A stretch of DNA of 64,000 bases, taken from NCBI GenBank assembly GCA_964016885.1, contig CAXHJY010000045.1, positions 9,724 to 73,723 on the forward strand, read 5' to 3'. The notes below the pieces were generated by a model. The model saw only the letters and a list, made by a program, of their open reading frames with translations. It searched no databases and was not told the DNA's origin. The DNA is from Eledone cirrhosa. Taxonomy: Eukaryota. Both the position numbers and the translations under genes were made by a program. Position 1 is the first letter of the stretch. Every line of letters starts with the position of its first letter. Shown in pieces: positions 26,045 through 39,417 of this stretch.

Positions 26045-26102
<58 letters not shown>

Positions 26103-26623
26103 CGCGTGCATGTGATGATGATGTTGAGGAGGAAGGTTATATATGTATAAATATCTTGACAAATTGTGCACCAACTAAACAATCACAGAATGGTGTAGTA
26201 TATAGTATGCTTCCGGACCATACTAGTAGTTGAGTTTAAAGCATAGAATGTCCACTGTGAAAGATTATATGTTATTGACTTCTAAACATTTGATTGGTTA
26301 GCTGTCTGTGTGTCACAGCTCTGCTCAAGCAGAGTGATGATCATGGCTAATCAGCAACAACAAAAACAACAACAGCAAAAACAAAACAGTGGCAACAACA
26401 AGAACAGACGACTGCCACTTAAGCATATGACATTTATGTTATAGAACAATGTTCGAAGTTTACCATGTTATAATAAGGTTCAACACACACATCTTTTTTT
26501 TTTTACCAGAAGCAAATGTACACCACTGACAATATCATATATTATGCAATATTCATTAATATCACCCAATGTATATATATACATTGTATATATACAGTGT
26601 ATTTTTGTGTTCAGTAGTATGTA

Positions 26624-26668
<45 letters not shown>

Positions 26669-27072
26669 CTGTGTGTATGTGTTTATATATTTGTATATGT
26701 ATGGAAACAAATATATAAGTATGTATGTATGTATGTATATGTCATCTCAGTTAATATACATCAATGTCTATTCATCTGCCAGCCAGTGTGTATAAACATG
26801 CATGCCAGTGGAGTGGAAGTGTGTAGAATAGGCCGAAGATATCACACCCCCATCATATTCATTAATATTACTGTTCTATATTAGGGCCTTAAGCCACGGC
26901 ATTAAGCATCAAATCCAAGGAATCAGGATTATGACAGCCGTGAAATAGCTGTGAATTAATAAAGAGATATTACTTCAGTTGTTCTGGCTTTACTGTTTAT
27001 TAAACAGCTTCTGATCAATGGCACTGGTGATGGTGATGATGGTAGATATATGCATGTGTTTTATTATACATT

Positions 27073-27074
<2 letters not shown>

Positions 27075-27155
<81 letters not shown>

Positions 27156-27935
27156 TCACACATGGTTGAGGTGTGTGTGTAAGTGAGTGTATATGTATAT
27201 GATGTGAGAGGGTTTCTTTGTGTATTTGTGATCTGTGTGGGAAAATGTGTGTGTATGTTATGTATATGAAGTATGTTATATATATATATATGTTGTATGT
27301 ATATGTGTAAATCTATGTATATGTGGAGGACTGTGTGTGTCTGAGAAACAGCTTTAGCAAGCTTGTGTATGTCTCTTATGTACATGTGTTATGTGTGTGT
27401 ATGTGTGTGTTTATAGTGTGTTTGTAGGAGAGTATGTGTATATCCATGGAACTTGTGTCTGTATGTGCTCTGTGTGTATGGATCTTAGTATGAGAAGTTT
27501 ATTAATACATGTATATATGCATAAATGCATGAATAATGCATGCATATGTGATATTAAAATATCTGTATGTGTGTGTGCCTGTGTGGGTGTTTGAGGGATT
27601 TTGTTAATGTTTGTATGTGGTGTGCTTTACATGTGTTATATCCATGTGCGTCTGTATGTGTTTGTGTGCCTATGCATGTGACATGTTTTGTTAATGTCTG
27701 TGTGTGGTGTGTCTGAAAATTTGAGTGTGAATGATGTAATGTGTGGCATGGGTGCACATATGTGTCTCTGTGTGTGTGTGGGAGTTTCAGTATGTGTGTG
27801 TGCCCAAATATGTGTGAGTGATTTTGTTAATGTGTATGTATGCGTTGGGGAATATGTAATGTGGTGAAACCAACATGTATGTTTGTATGTTCCAATTTAT
27901 TGAAATACAAGTTGGGTTTATATTTGGCATCAAAC

Positions 27936-28008
<73 letters not shown>
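27075..28008. repeat. CA/TG-rich low-complexity and microsatellite block
   Basis: Direct reading. Confidence 0.85.
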
Positions 28009-28011
<3 letters not shown>

Positions 28012-28496
28012 AGAAAGAAAGAAAAAAAGACAATAAGAGACAGGAGTGAAAGAGTAGATAAAAGAAACTAGAGAGAGAGAGAGAGATATTTAAAAGTGAA
28101 GGTTGTCTGAATATGAGGTGACAGATGTGCATATATGCCTTATGCAAAGAAAGTGTTATAGGGAGAGGTCATATGTTATATAGTAGGATATCTGTGTGTA
28201 TATGTGCATACGAAGATGATGATGATGATAAGTGTTTGTGTGAGGGAATATATGTGTGTGCGATAAATGTGCAAGAATGTGTGAGTATATGGTTGTATAT
28301 ATATGTGAGTGATAAATGTATGAATATATATGTGAATATGCATGTGTATGGAAAAATCTCTGAGTATATGTATGTGTATGTGGAATAATATTCACATATA
28401 TTAGCTATAGTTATATAATATTTATGCAAACTGCATCTCTGTCTTTAGTCCACACACATATTTATGGATGCACACATAACTAAATTAATCTATATA

Positions 28497-28835
28497 TCAC
28501 CATCATTATCATTTTATGTCAATTTCCCATGCTGGCATGGGTTGGACAGTTTATCACAGACTGAGACAAGGCAGGTCAAATAACCACATCATGCTCAAAT
28601 GTTCAATATTTTGGCATGGTTTCTATAGCTGGATACTTTCCTAATGCCAAACACTTTAATGTGTGTACTGTGTTTATTTTCTCATGACATTAGCACTACC
28701 CCTTTACAGAGTGTACTGGGTGCATTTTATCATTACACTAGCATAAATACTTTACAGTTTGTACTGAGTTCATTTTATTGTGAAACTAGCACTACCACTT
28801 TACAGAGAGTACTGGATGTATTTTATCATGACACA
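28497..28835 (-). mobile_element. RTE/SINE-type 3' tail with four tandem units of about 48 bp
   Basis: (ATC)n end; CCCATGCTGGCATGGG hairpin; repeated TTTACAGAGTGTACTGG..TTTTAT..ACACTAGCAC. Confidence 0.6.
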
Positions 28836-28911
28836 TCTTATAGAGAGGCTGGTACGTGCTTGACTAGATTGGAGAGTTCCCTTTACACAATAATGCCTAG
28901 ATGAACCTTAT

Positions 28912-29528
28912 CCCTTTAGAATTTATGAAGGCACATGGCTTAGTGGTTAGAGCATTGGGCTTGCAATCAAAAGGTTGTGAGTTGAATTCTCGGACTGGGT
29001 GATGTGTAGTTTCCGTGAGCAAGACACTTTATTTCACATTGCTCCAGTTTACTCAGCTGTAGAAATGAGATGATAGGACTTGGGTCCCTATCATTCCACT
29101 GCAAAGTGGTCGTGGAGGTGCCACAGCAAAAAAGTACCCAGCCCACACTGTAAAGTGGACGTGTAGGTGCCACGGAAAAAAAGCACCCGGCCCTCACTGT
29201 AAATGAGGTTGGTGTTAGGAAGGGCATCCAGCTGTAGAAATCAAGCCAGAATCAGTTCCTGTATGAACAAGACAAGGTCAGTCGACCAGACACTGCCCAC
29301 AACAGGACAACCCGTCTAACCTATACTAGCGCGGAAGAACGGATGTAAAACGGTGATGATGATGATGATTATTCTATATAAACTACTATATTTTTGCATT
29401 AAAGGCTTTAATATTGTTTTGATATTGTTTATTTTGAGAACAATACCTTAATGTCAGTATGAGGGATTGATTGGGGCCAGTTTAAACAGAAAGAGATGAG
29501 AGAATTCTGCTAGGATACAGCTAAAGGG
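28912..29528 (+). mobile_element. piggyBac-type MITE carrying a CORE-SINE insertion
   Basis: TTAT-CCCTTTAG...CTAAAGGG-TTAT (4-bp TSD TTAT); body matches 6706-6925. Confidence 0.75.
28928..29368 (+). mobile_element. CORE-type SINE with longer RTE-derived tail
   Basis: Same head and core as 3579; extra tail unit; (GAT)n end. Confidence 0.88.
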
Positions 29529-30412
29529 TTATCATGGCCCCAGCAGTAGAGAGATTGCTAAGTCCTCTACAAAACTAACAGGCTCTCTCTACCATTTACT
29601 CAGTATGCTCATCACTCAATTTACATCCTCCAGAGCAATGTCTTCTCCAGCCTCTCCACCAAGACCACAAGGCAAACTGACACTTAAATTTCCTTTACGG
29701 TGGTGGTATGTGGAATAAATTTTATGAGCTGAATGTGTACAAAAGTTTGCTTAGCAATCATTAGCCCCCAGGTTCAATCCCATTGTGAACAAGTAGTCCC
29801 AGATTTAATCCCACCGAGGACAAAGTTGGATAAATGTTATCCACCATTGTTTTATTTGACTATTTTTTTAAATTTATTTTCGTTCCTATAGCTTAAGGTG
29901 TTTTCATAGACACCCAATTTAATATTTCCTTTTTTTTGTTTTTGTAGGCCCACAAAATTCTTATTTACAGAAGATACTAAGTGCATTTGATATTTGCTTT
30001 CATTATGCATGGCATGTCCTTATGAGAATAAATGTTTCTCTTGTGCACTATATCTGATTCTTTTTACACTCACCTTTTCTCTCAGCTCAATTATACTCCA
30101 TCATTCATACACTCTAACATTACATATCCAACAGAGCAGTTGTCCCTTTCCAGTCATAACAACTATACACACACAGACAGACAGACACACACACACGCAC
30201 GCATGTATGTGCGTGTGTATACACACATATATATATATAAATGATGCAATACAGATTCTTTGTTCTCTTTTAATATTATCATTAATACTCTGCTCCCCAA
30301 GAACATTAAGTGCTCATCTTGGCATACACCTGCAGATGCAATTCATTTGCACCTCTGCTACCTGTATATATATATATATCGTATACATATATCTATATAT
30401 ATATATATACAC

Positions 30413-31017
30413 ATTGATAGCTTCTGGTACCTAGGTGATCAGATTAGCATGGGAGAGAAGTTTCCAAGGCTATAGTATCTAGAATAAAAACGGGCTGGAA
30501 GAAGTTTAGGGAGCTGCTTCTTCTGCTGACGAAGAAGGGTTTCTCCCTGCATACGAAAGGCCAGTTATGTGATGCCTGTGTGAGGTGCACAATGCTGCAT
30601 GGTAGTGAGACATGGGCAGAAACTGCAGAGGATATGCGACGGCTGGAGAGAAATGAGGCAAGCATGCCACGTTGGATGTGCATGAATGACCCAGCATGGA
30701 TGTGTTGAGAGAGAAACTGTGTTTGAGTGGGATAGATTGTAGTGTGCAGGAGAGGAGACTGCGATGGTATGGACATGTGATGCGCATGGAGGATGACCGA
30801 TGGCTGAAGAAGTGCCAAGAAATGCCAGTTGAAGGAAGACGTAGTAGAGGTAGACCATGAAAAACATGGTGGAGGTGGTGAGAGCAGACCTCAGATCGCT
30901 GAAGCTCATGGTGGAGATGACGAAGGACCATCACAAGTGGAGAGATGCTATGTTGAATAGGAATCATCCCACCCTTGCAAGCAGGGAAATACAGACATAA
31001 AATGATGATGACGATGA
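30413..31017 (+). mobile_element. RTE family B 3' fragment
   Basis: DSFWYLGDQIS..GWKKFRELL..MLHGSETW..RRLRWYGHVMRM; GAT tail. Confidence 0.88.
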
Positions 31018-31448
31018 TGTATGTATGTACATATATATGGGAAACATATATATAAATATATAAGAATATATTTAAATACATATTCATGCAATCTCTTTTA
31101 ATCTCTATATGTACAGATATGAATTTGCCATCAGGGAAAGCAGCCGTTTATTGAGGATGATGATGATAATGATATTGTCTGCTTGGTACACAATTTAATA
31201 TATATTAAAATTAACTACCAACATAAGCACTGAAATTACGTGAATTTGTGGATTCATTTAGTGATACTAGTATATTGGATATGGTTTATAAAGCCTTCAG
31301 TTATGTATTTACTTGCAATTGATGTACATATTCTCTGAAGTAAAACAAATATGGATCAAATATCGATTAAAAATATGCATCATGGATTCAATTTAGGGGA
31401 AAATATATAAATTTGTCATCTACATGTTTATATATATATATAGATGAG

Positions 31449-31495
31449 ATTCTACAGGACTAGAACTGTTTCATTTGAAGGAAATCATCAGGAAT
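31449..31495 (-). ncRNA. Compact type I hammerhead motif
   Basis: Minus strand: ATTC CTGATGA TTTCCTTCAAAT GAAA CAG TTCTAGTC CTG TA GAAT; stems I and III intact; stem II one nucleotide out of register. Confidence 0.6.
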
Positions 31496-32049
31496 GCCCT
31501 GATGAGCCCACACACATACACACAAATTTACAGTCTTGGTTAAATGCTGTTCTATATATGTACAGATATAAATTTAACATACAATTCAACTACATAGTGC
31601 ACAATTTAATAAGGCATCCAGCCATAGAAAGCCTGCCAAACAAAGGACTAGGAAGACCCCTCAGTTATATCCAGGACATGACAACCTCCCTAGTGTTGAT
31701 GAAACACAGGAAATGCACCCAGTACATGCTGTAAAGTGGTTGATGAAGGGCATCCAACTGTAGAAACCTTGTTAATCAAAGGGTTGGGAGGACCCTGACT
31801 TGTATCAAAGACATGGCAACCTCACCTGTGCACTCGGTAGAGCATCAACCATACATAGGCAAAGAACAGATCACTGGCCTGTCTGGAAGATCAGTGGTAC
31901 CAATTCAGTACTGACTTGATCTATGTAGACCCTTCTAGCCCATGCTAGCAGGGACAGCAAACATTAAAACGATGATGATGATGAGGTATATATACAAATA
32001 TATATAATCAGCATCATCATCATCATCATCATCATCGTTATCATCATCA

Positions 32050-32560
32050 TTATCATCAACAACATCATAATTGCCATTGTATGTCTGCTTTTCTGTGCTT
32101 GCATGGTTTGGATAATCCTTTTTCTTCCCCCTATCTCTCTTCTCTATGTGTCCCTTCATCAACTCTGCTGTGATCTTCAGTCAATGGTCATCCTCTATAC
32201 ACATCACATGTCAATACTAGTACTGAACTCTCTCTTGCACACTTCATCTGATTCCCCTTTTACTCAGTATTACTCTCAGTTCATCCATGCTTCATTGTTC
32301 ATACACATTGCACATTCACTGAAACATGCTTGCTTCATTTCTCTCCAGCCTTTGCATAACCTCTGCATTCACTATGCAAGTCTCACTACTGTGCAGCATG
32401 GTAGATAACACTTAGCTTTAGAACTGGTCTTTCATTTTTAGAGAGAGGTTTTTTTTATTGTCAACAGTCATATAGAATCCTGTTCTTGTTCCAGCTATTA
32501 TGCTCACAGAGCACACTCCTCCACTGCTCATTAGGTCATCTAGGGTTTGGAAGCTCTCGA
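32050..32560 (-). mobile_element. Degenerate RTE 3' fragment
   Basis: Similar to the reverse complement of 30413-31017 (CTGCACAGTAGTGAGAC, GAGAGAAATGAAGCAAGCATG). Confidence 0.65.
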
Positions 32561-32781
32561 CCATATCTTTGGAGCCTTCCTGATATTGAAAAAGATTAAT
32601 TTTATTGATGCTCTTACTATGAACTATCCTTGTTCAATTACTATATACAATGTCTATGTTAGTTTGCCTGCTTTTCCAATATATATATATATAGAGAGAG
32701 AGAGAGTAAGAAGAAGCATAGAAAATGGTTGCAAAATGTTATGCTGATCAGATGCACCCACTCACACACACACACACACAT

Positions 32782-32858
<77 letters not shown>

Positions 32859-33379
32859 GAATTTATCATTGTCACAGGCACATATATATGTACATCTACA
32901 CATAAGGTATATTCACATTTACATTTATGCATACAAATATTTGTTTGTGTGGTGGGTGTAGGATGAAGAAAGCTGCATATGTGAAAGTGAATAACACTCA
33001 ATATAATGAATATAGAGTATGGTTTATATGATATAGATATCAACCAAACAACAACAGCAGTGTCAATGACAACCAACAAAAACAGTAACAATGAAAATGT
33101 AATGATAACTATGAAATAATATAGTGACACTTTGAAGCCACAAACACTTCTAAGCTGTCCAACTGAAGTGGATGGACATCAAATGGTAATCAATGCTGGC
33201 TTATATAGCATTAATATACCTGAAGCCTATTCCTCTTCTTACTACACCTTTAGAGTAAATCAAAAATGAATCAAAAGAAAACAACTAAAAACAAACACTA
33301 ACACAGACAATCACACACATTTATACATGTATTTACTTAATCACAGCTTATAAACAGAAAAAACAAGCATACATGAATA

Positions 33380-34210
33380 CATGCATTACATTACTCATTG
33401 GACACAGACACACACACACACATACATGCTATAGACACAAGCAATCATACACATATACATACAATCATACACATATACATACAATCATACACATATACAT
33501 ACAAGCATTAACATATACATACAAGCATTAACATAGCTATTGCTTGCAAACATACACATATACTGATAAACACATTGATGCATTAAATCATTGCTTGCAG
33601 ACATACAAACACACACATACATAAACACATTCATTTAATCATGATTCACTGATACAGACGAGCACACACACGCACACACCTATATAGAAGCATTAACTTA
33701 ACCATTGTTCAAAATGGTTTAGTTAAACACACACTCATGCATACATCTATACAGGCATAAACACATGCATACATATACATGCAGGCATAAACACATACAT
33801 ACATATACATGCAGGCATAAACACATACATACATAAACATGCAGGCATTAACTTAATCATTGCTCACAGACGAAGAAAATCACACACATGTATATACTAG
33901 ACTTAACCTAACCATTGCTCATAGACACAGACAAATGCCCATGCACATATTTAGGGATGAAGTAACTTAATCACCACTTATAGGTGCATACAAACTCACA
34001 TACATATATACATAGGTGCATTAGCTTAACCATCGCTCACAGACACATAGAAACATATAGATAGCTGCATTAACTTCTCAATGCTTGTAGACATATACAA
34101 ACACACACAGACATAAACATAGCTGCATTAACTTAAAAATCACTCATAGACACATACAATTACATACTGATATATACATAGAATTATCAACTTAATCATT
34201 GTTTACATAC
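33380..34210. repeat. Degenerate CA-rich minisatellite (GCATTAACTTAATCATTGCTCACAGACAC.. units)
   Basis: About a dozen recurrences of ATTAACTTAA(T/C)CATTG separated by CA/CATA runs. Confidence 0.7.
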
Positions 34211-34949
34211 ACAAGCTTCAAACTATATTCATATTTTCACTCTACAACTTTACTGAAATCAATCTCATGGTGTTTGTATGGATTTGATGGAGATACTTCA
34301 TATCATCTACAACTAGATTGACCAATTGTTTGCCATCAAATTTCAAAATTTGAATTCAATTTTCTCTTACTGCTTTCTAGAAAGATGTCTGAAGAAATGG
34401 TTTTGTCATTCATGGACAGCTAATAACTGACAAGGTTCTTAGCAACCGTAGAAAATTTCAGAAGAGGTTTCATCAAATCAGCAGCAAAGCTTGACACCAG
34501 AAACCTTCTTCTGGTTATCACAGTCATTGTATAAGTTTATTACTTAAGTAAGAATATTAAAGAAAACACACAATCTGTTAATGGATGAAGGTGCAACTTA
34601 GATATATCCATACATACATGGTGGCTGCCAACTCGTTTTCGAGTACGGCCACTACTTTATATCCATGTAGGAGAACCCCTACCGATGCGCTGAACGAGTG
34701 TGACTTTTTAGTCCAGCCAGCGACTTGAAAACTCTGGTACAAACACTACACTTGTGATAATTATTGACACATAGTGCTGGGCGCATGGTACCATGTGACG
34801 ACAAGTGCAGAGAGATCTCCAGATATAAAGCAATGCCTGTGCCGTGAAGCTTTTATAGTGAGCAAAGGCACTGCACAAAGCCAGTCCCACTCTCTTAACC
34901 AAGATGATATTTACCAAAAAGAAGAACAAGTCAACATCATTGGATACCA

Positions 34950-35225
34950 TCAGGGTTGCAGGTGTTATATCAGAGTTTTCCTTCTCCTAGAATTCTGCCT
35001 TGACAAAGGCTAAGGGGTCATCTCTCCCGGTGATTTTGGATGGCCATTGACTCTTAAGAGCTCCTTTGCCCTTTGACAGGTTTTGTTTTTAGTCCTGCAG
35101 GATGTCCAAAGTCACCCTCCTCACCAAGAAACCTTGGTGGGGTTGCCAGTTTAGTCACCAACGACCTGACCATGAGACAGGTTGTACTGGGATATATGTT
35201 ACCAGTAGCACCAACTGGTGACCTG
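34950..35225 (-). mobile_element. Structured LINE (RTE-like) 5' UTR fragment
   Basis: GC-richer segment with GGAGAAGGAAAACTCTGA motif; homologous segment at 36958-37075 on the plus strand. Confidence 0.45.
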
Positions 35226-35339
35226 ACATACATACATACATACATACATACATACAAGCATGCATACAAGCATGCATACATACATACAAGCATGCATACA
35301 TACAAAATTATATATATATCATCACTATCATTAACTTGA

Positions 35340-36900
35340 CATCAAGTTTCCTCGGACAACATTGATAATTATACTTCTCCACTTGTCCCTATCTAGCATG
35401 GCTTCTGTGAATTGTTTCTTTCTAAAATGTCTTTACAACCCAGCTCCAGAAATGTAACATATAGAAACTTCTGTGCTCCCACCTAGATGCATTTTTCACT
35501 TTCCTCCGTTGTCTTGTATATGTGCCATCTACCTGTCTTTCCATTTCTTATGTGAGTGTCTGGCACTCTGCTCCATTCCAAGCTCACTTCTAACTATTGA
35601 CTGAAAAAATAACCTTTAGTTTGGTGTTCAAATGACATCTATTTTGTTTGCAACTGTCCAGGCTAAGTTAATTCTAGTGCTCGAATCAATATACCTAAAA
35701 TCCTGAACTCTTTTTAGGTAATTTTCATTTTGTGATATATATTGTATGTAATATATACCATCTTCTTCTCATTTATGTGAAGTCTAATTATTTCAGCAGT
35801 CCATTCCACTCTCTGTAACACCAGCTGTGCTTTTAAGCAGATGTTAATAAGAGTGTGATATCATCTGCAAAATCAGCATCAGTTAGTTATTTCAGGGTAT
35901 CTAGTTCTACGTTGAGGATGTAGTGTCAATGATGTTTGATGAACATATGTAGCTTGTCTCATTGCATAGTTGAGTGTTAATAGGAAAAGGATCAGAACTA
36001 GTATATCTCCTTGGAGAACATCCACTTTCAGTTTGAATAAGTCTATTCCGCCATCAGGGGACAATTCTTTTGCTTCCATGCCATTGTAAGGAGCACCTAC
36101 TGCTATCACAGTTTGCAATGGAATTCCATATACTTCCATTATTTGTTTTAGTTTTTCATGATAAATGGAATCAAAAGCTTTGCTACAATCAATGAATGTG
36201 ATAACAGCTGGAAGGTTCTTTGCTCTTACTCTTTTGATGAGTCTTCTAAGAGTCAGGATTTACCCCAGCGTTGATCTATTTGAACAAAATCCATTTTGGT
36301 TCATGCAAAGTATTGGTTTAAGTGAAGTTTTATTCTATGAAGTAGTATTTTGTTGTAGATTTTAGATGATGTTACTGTGAGACTAATTCCACAGTAATTA
36401 TTGACATCACTAAGACAGGCTGTTTTTTGGAAGCGGAGTTATACTACTTTTGCTCCAAATTTTTGGCTTATCTCCATGAAACCTTTTATTACACACTTTG
36501 AGTTATGTATCAACTAAAGCTTCACTTTTCCAGACCTCAATTGGAATGTCATCGTGTCCTGCTGCTTTTCTGTTTTTGAAGGATTTGAATGTCTTCAATA
36601 GTTCATCTTTTGTTAAATCATCAGTAATGATTGGTAATGTACTATCAACTACTCATGTAATATTTTGCTCTCTTATAACAGGTGGTTGGCCAGGAAAATT
36701 TTGGAAGTGGTCTTTCCATTTTTGTATGTGTTCTTTTGGCATCTTAGCTTTTATCTTGCAGGTTGGTGTATTCTTTCTACCAGTAGTTTCAATGAAAGAT
36801 GTCCAAGCAATTTTTGATGATTATGTACTGCATTTGATATGATATTGATATTGTTGTTTATTTATGTAGTAAGCTCTTCATCATAAGTAGTCTGAAGATC
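35340..36900 (-). mobile_element. Old RTE/RTEX-like LINE RT relic
   Basis: YGIP..SPDGGIDLFKLKVDVLQGDILVLILFLLTLNYAMR..RRTRYPE..FADDI; upstream NYCGISL and KAFDSI. Confidence 0.8.
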
Positions 36901-37242
36901 ATTATAGGTAGGCTGATTCATTATAGGTAGGCTGGTTGGAAATTATCATTTATTTTCGTTTACTTGTGAGTGCTACTGGTAACATGTAACCCAGTACAAC
37001 CTGTTGCATGGTCAGGTCGTCAGTGACTAAAACAACAACACCACCAAGCTTGTTTGGTGAAGAGGAAGAAAAAGCAAAACCCATCAAAGGTAGGAGTAAC
37101 TAATGTGTGTGTGTGGGGGGGGGGGTATGAGTAAAATATCCTTTTATAGTTTTAGTGTTTGAACTTTCATAGTCTTAGCTTTATATTATTATATTATATT
37201 ATCATTTTATTATACATCATTACTTTATTTTATAACTGATAT

Positions 37243-37425
37243 AATTGTTTCTACTTTTGGTACAAGGCCAGCAATTATCCCAGTGTATTACTAGTACTTT
37301 ATTTTTATCGACCTCGTAAGGATGAAAGGCAAAGTTAACCTTGGCAAGATTTGAACTCAGAATGGCAAGGGCCGTAACTCTATGCGTCAAAGCATGGCGT
37401 CCGACCCTTTACCAATACTGCCAAT
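37243..37425 (-). mobile_element. Nin/Deu-like tRNA SINE
   Basis: High identity to 3930-4103. Confidence 0.82.
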
Positions 37426-37430
37426 CCACC

Positions 37431-38450
37431 AATGGCTCCCCAGATTGCAGATAGGAGGAATGCCTCTCGATATAGAGGTTAACTATGAATATGGATAAAA
37501 CATGGGTTTCCTTTTGGAAAGGCATGGTACCTGCTAGCTTTCCCACCAAAGTCATGATATCTCATAGGAGTAAACCATTAAATTCTGGTGTTGGGAACGG
37601 GCCACTAGAAGTAAATGTGGTAGTTATTGAAAGATAGGCACACTCACACATATCGATGGAAGATGACAGGCACGGTTGACCTCAATGTTACTGTGATGAA
37701 ATTCAGCAGTTGTTACTGATTGTCCTTCCAATAGGTAACAGAAAGACATCAATGATAGTTAACACACAAAACCACATTGCTCATTGCATGGATGCACAAG
37801 GACTGCTACACACAGTGGAAGACATGACTGTAGTGATTGAAAAGTTTGTTATGGGGAAAACCAAAACTGAAACAAACTAACTTTATAAAATGTGAAACCA
37901 CTCATAGTTTCCACATTCAATGTCGATACTGTAAATTCCAAAATGAAAATGAGTGAATTGACATCAAATGCAGAAAAGCAAGAAGTTAATATGCATATAA
38001 GTACATCATATATATCATAATGACACAAATATTCATTATATTAAAATAAGAACAGATGGGTGCTTATAACATCATCTGCTGAAAAAGCAAATAACAATGC
38101 ACAAATAAGGTGTTGGGCTGTTACTCAGTCTCAAAAGCTATCAAGCACTTTATAACATAGTCAATAAATACAAGAACTATAAAAGTCACTTTCAGTGTAA
38201 CCCATCTCCCACTGTTATTTGTTGTTACAATTCCATAAACTCCACTGGTATAATTTGTTAGTTCGTGATGAAGTATATGTACAATAAGGATAATGGTTTA
38301 GACATTTAAAAAGGAATGGACCTCATCAGTGAAAATATTATATCAGTCCATTCACTTGTCTTTAGCATGTATTGCCTGTGCAACATAACCTTATTACATA
38401 AGGTGCTGCCTGGTGCTGTAGCATGACTTGTGTGATTGAAGCATCATGTA
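37431..38450 (+). mobile_element. Degenerate LINE 5' UTR + APE endonuclease relic
   Basis: CAGATTGCAGATAGGAGGAATGCCTC..GAGGTTAACTATGAATAT resembles RTE 5' UTRs (from recall); decayed GVGLLLS and NPSPTVICCYN motifs. Confidence 0.45.
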
Positions 38451-38884
38451 ACCATAAACACCATTGAAATATGTATCACAGCTTTATGAATAAAAGAATT
38501 TTAAGCATCTACAGAAAACTGCTCAGTTATCCTTATTGTATGTATATATAAACAGAAAAATTACCTTAAAACACTTGTTTATTTGGCATATCTATTTTCC
38601 CATAATAATCTCTGACAATATATGCAACAGAATTTATAGGTGTTAAATAGCTGCCATGATGAGTGATACTTTGAACTGTTAGTATATATATTACAAATAG
38701 AGATGAAATTATAACGTTCTATATACATTTTAGCATAGTAGAAGTTTCCAGGCCATGATTTCAAATATTTTCTGAGGCATTTCCTTGTTTACAAAATTTC
38801 ATGTAATACAGAGGTCAAGGTAAGGATATACATGCATACACACATATATATGTAGCAAAAGAAATGTATATACATATACCCATG

Positions 38885-38915
<31 letters not shown>

Positions 38916-39041
38916 TTACAAACTTGTATTGCTTAAAAAATCTTGGAGGAGTTTGAAATTTAAAAATGTGAGCAACACAACACACAGAAAATGTACGTAA
39001 TAACAGTCAATAAGTATAAATTATTGTTCAAAAGATTGGTT

Positions 39042-39375
39042 AATATACTACACTGATGGGAAAAGGTGGACAGAAGAAATTAATATGGGATTTTACTGTA
39101 TACCACCTATACCTGCATTGAGTTCTTCCATGATATTTCCATTCAACATACCAAGAACTCTTTGCACTTTTTCTATATATATATATCATCATTTTACGTC
39201 TGCTTTTCCCTGCTTGCAAGGGTTGGACGGGTCCTATTCAGCACTGGTTCTTGGTATGTTGAATGGAAATATCACAGAAGAACACAATGCAGGTTTAAGT
39301 ATACAGTTGATATAGTAATTAGTAAAATCCCATATTAATTTCTTCTGTCCATATTTTTCCATCAGCGTAGTATAT
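39042..39375. repeat. Inverted repeat (about 120-bp arms) with a SINE/RTE tail fragment in the spacer
   Basis: 39042-39158 is the reverse complement of 39247-39375 (GGACAGAAGAAATTAATATGGGATTTTACT; TTCCATTCAACATACCAAGAAC). Confidence 0.8.
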
Positions 39376-39417
39376 TTTTGATCTATAATTATATATATAT
39401 ATATATATATATGTTTA

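Noticed and set aside
26885-26955. Hammerhead-like ACGGC/GCCGT-GAAATAGCTGT
   Set aside because: CUGANGA box and stem I cannot be recovered; too decayed to support
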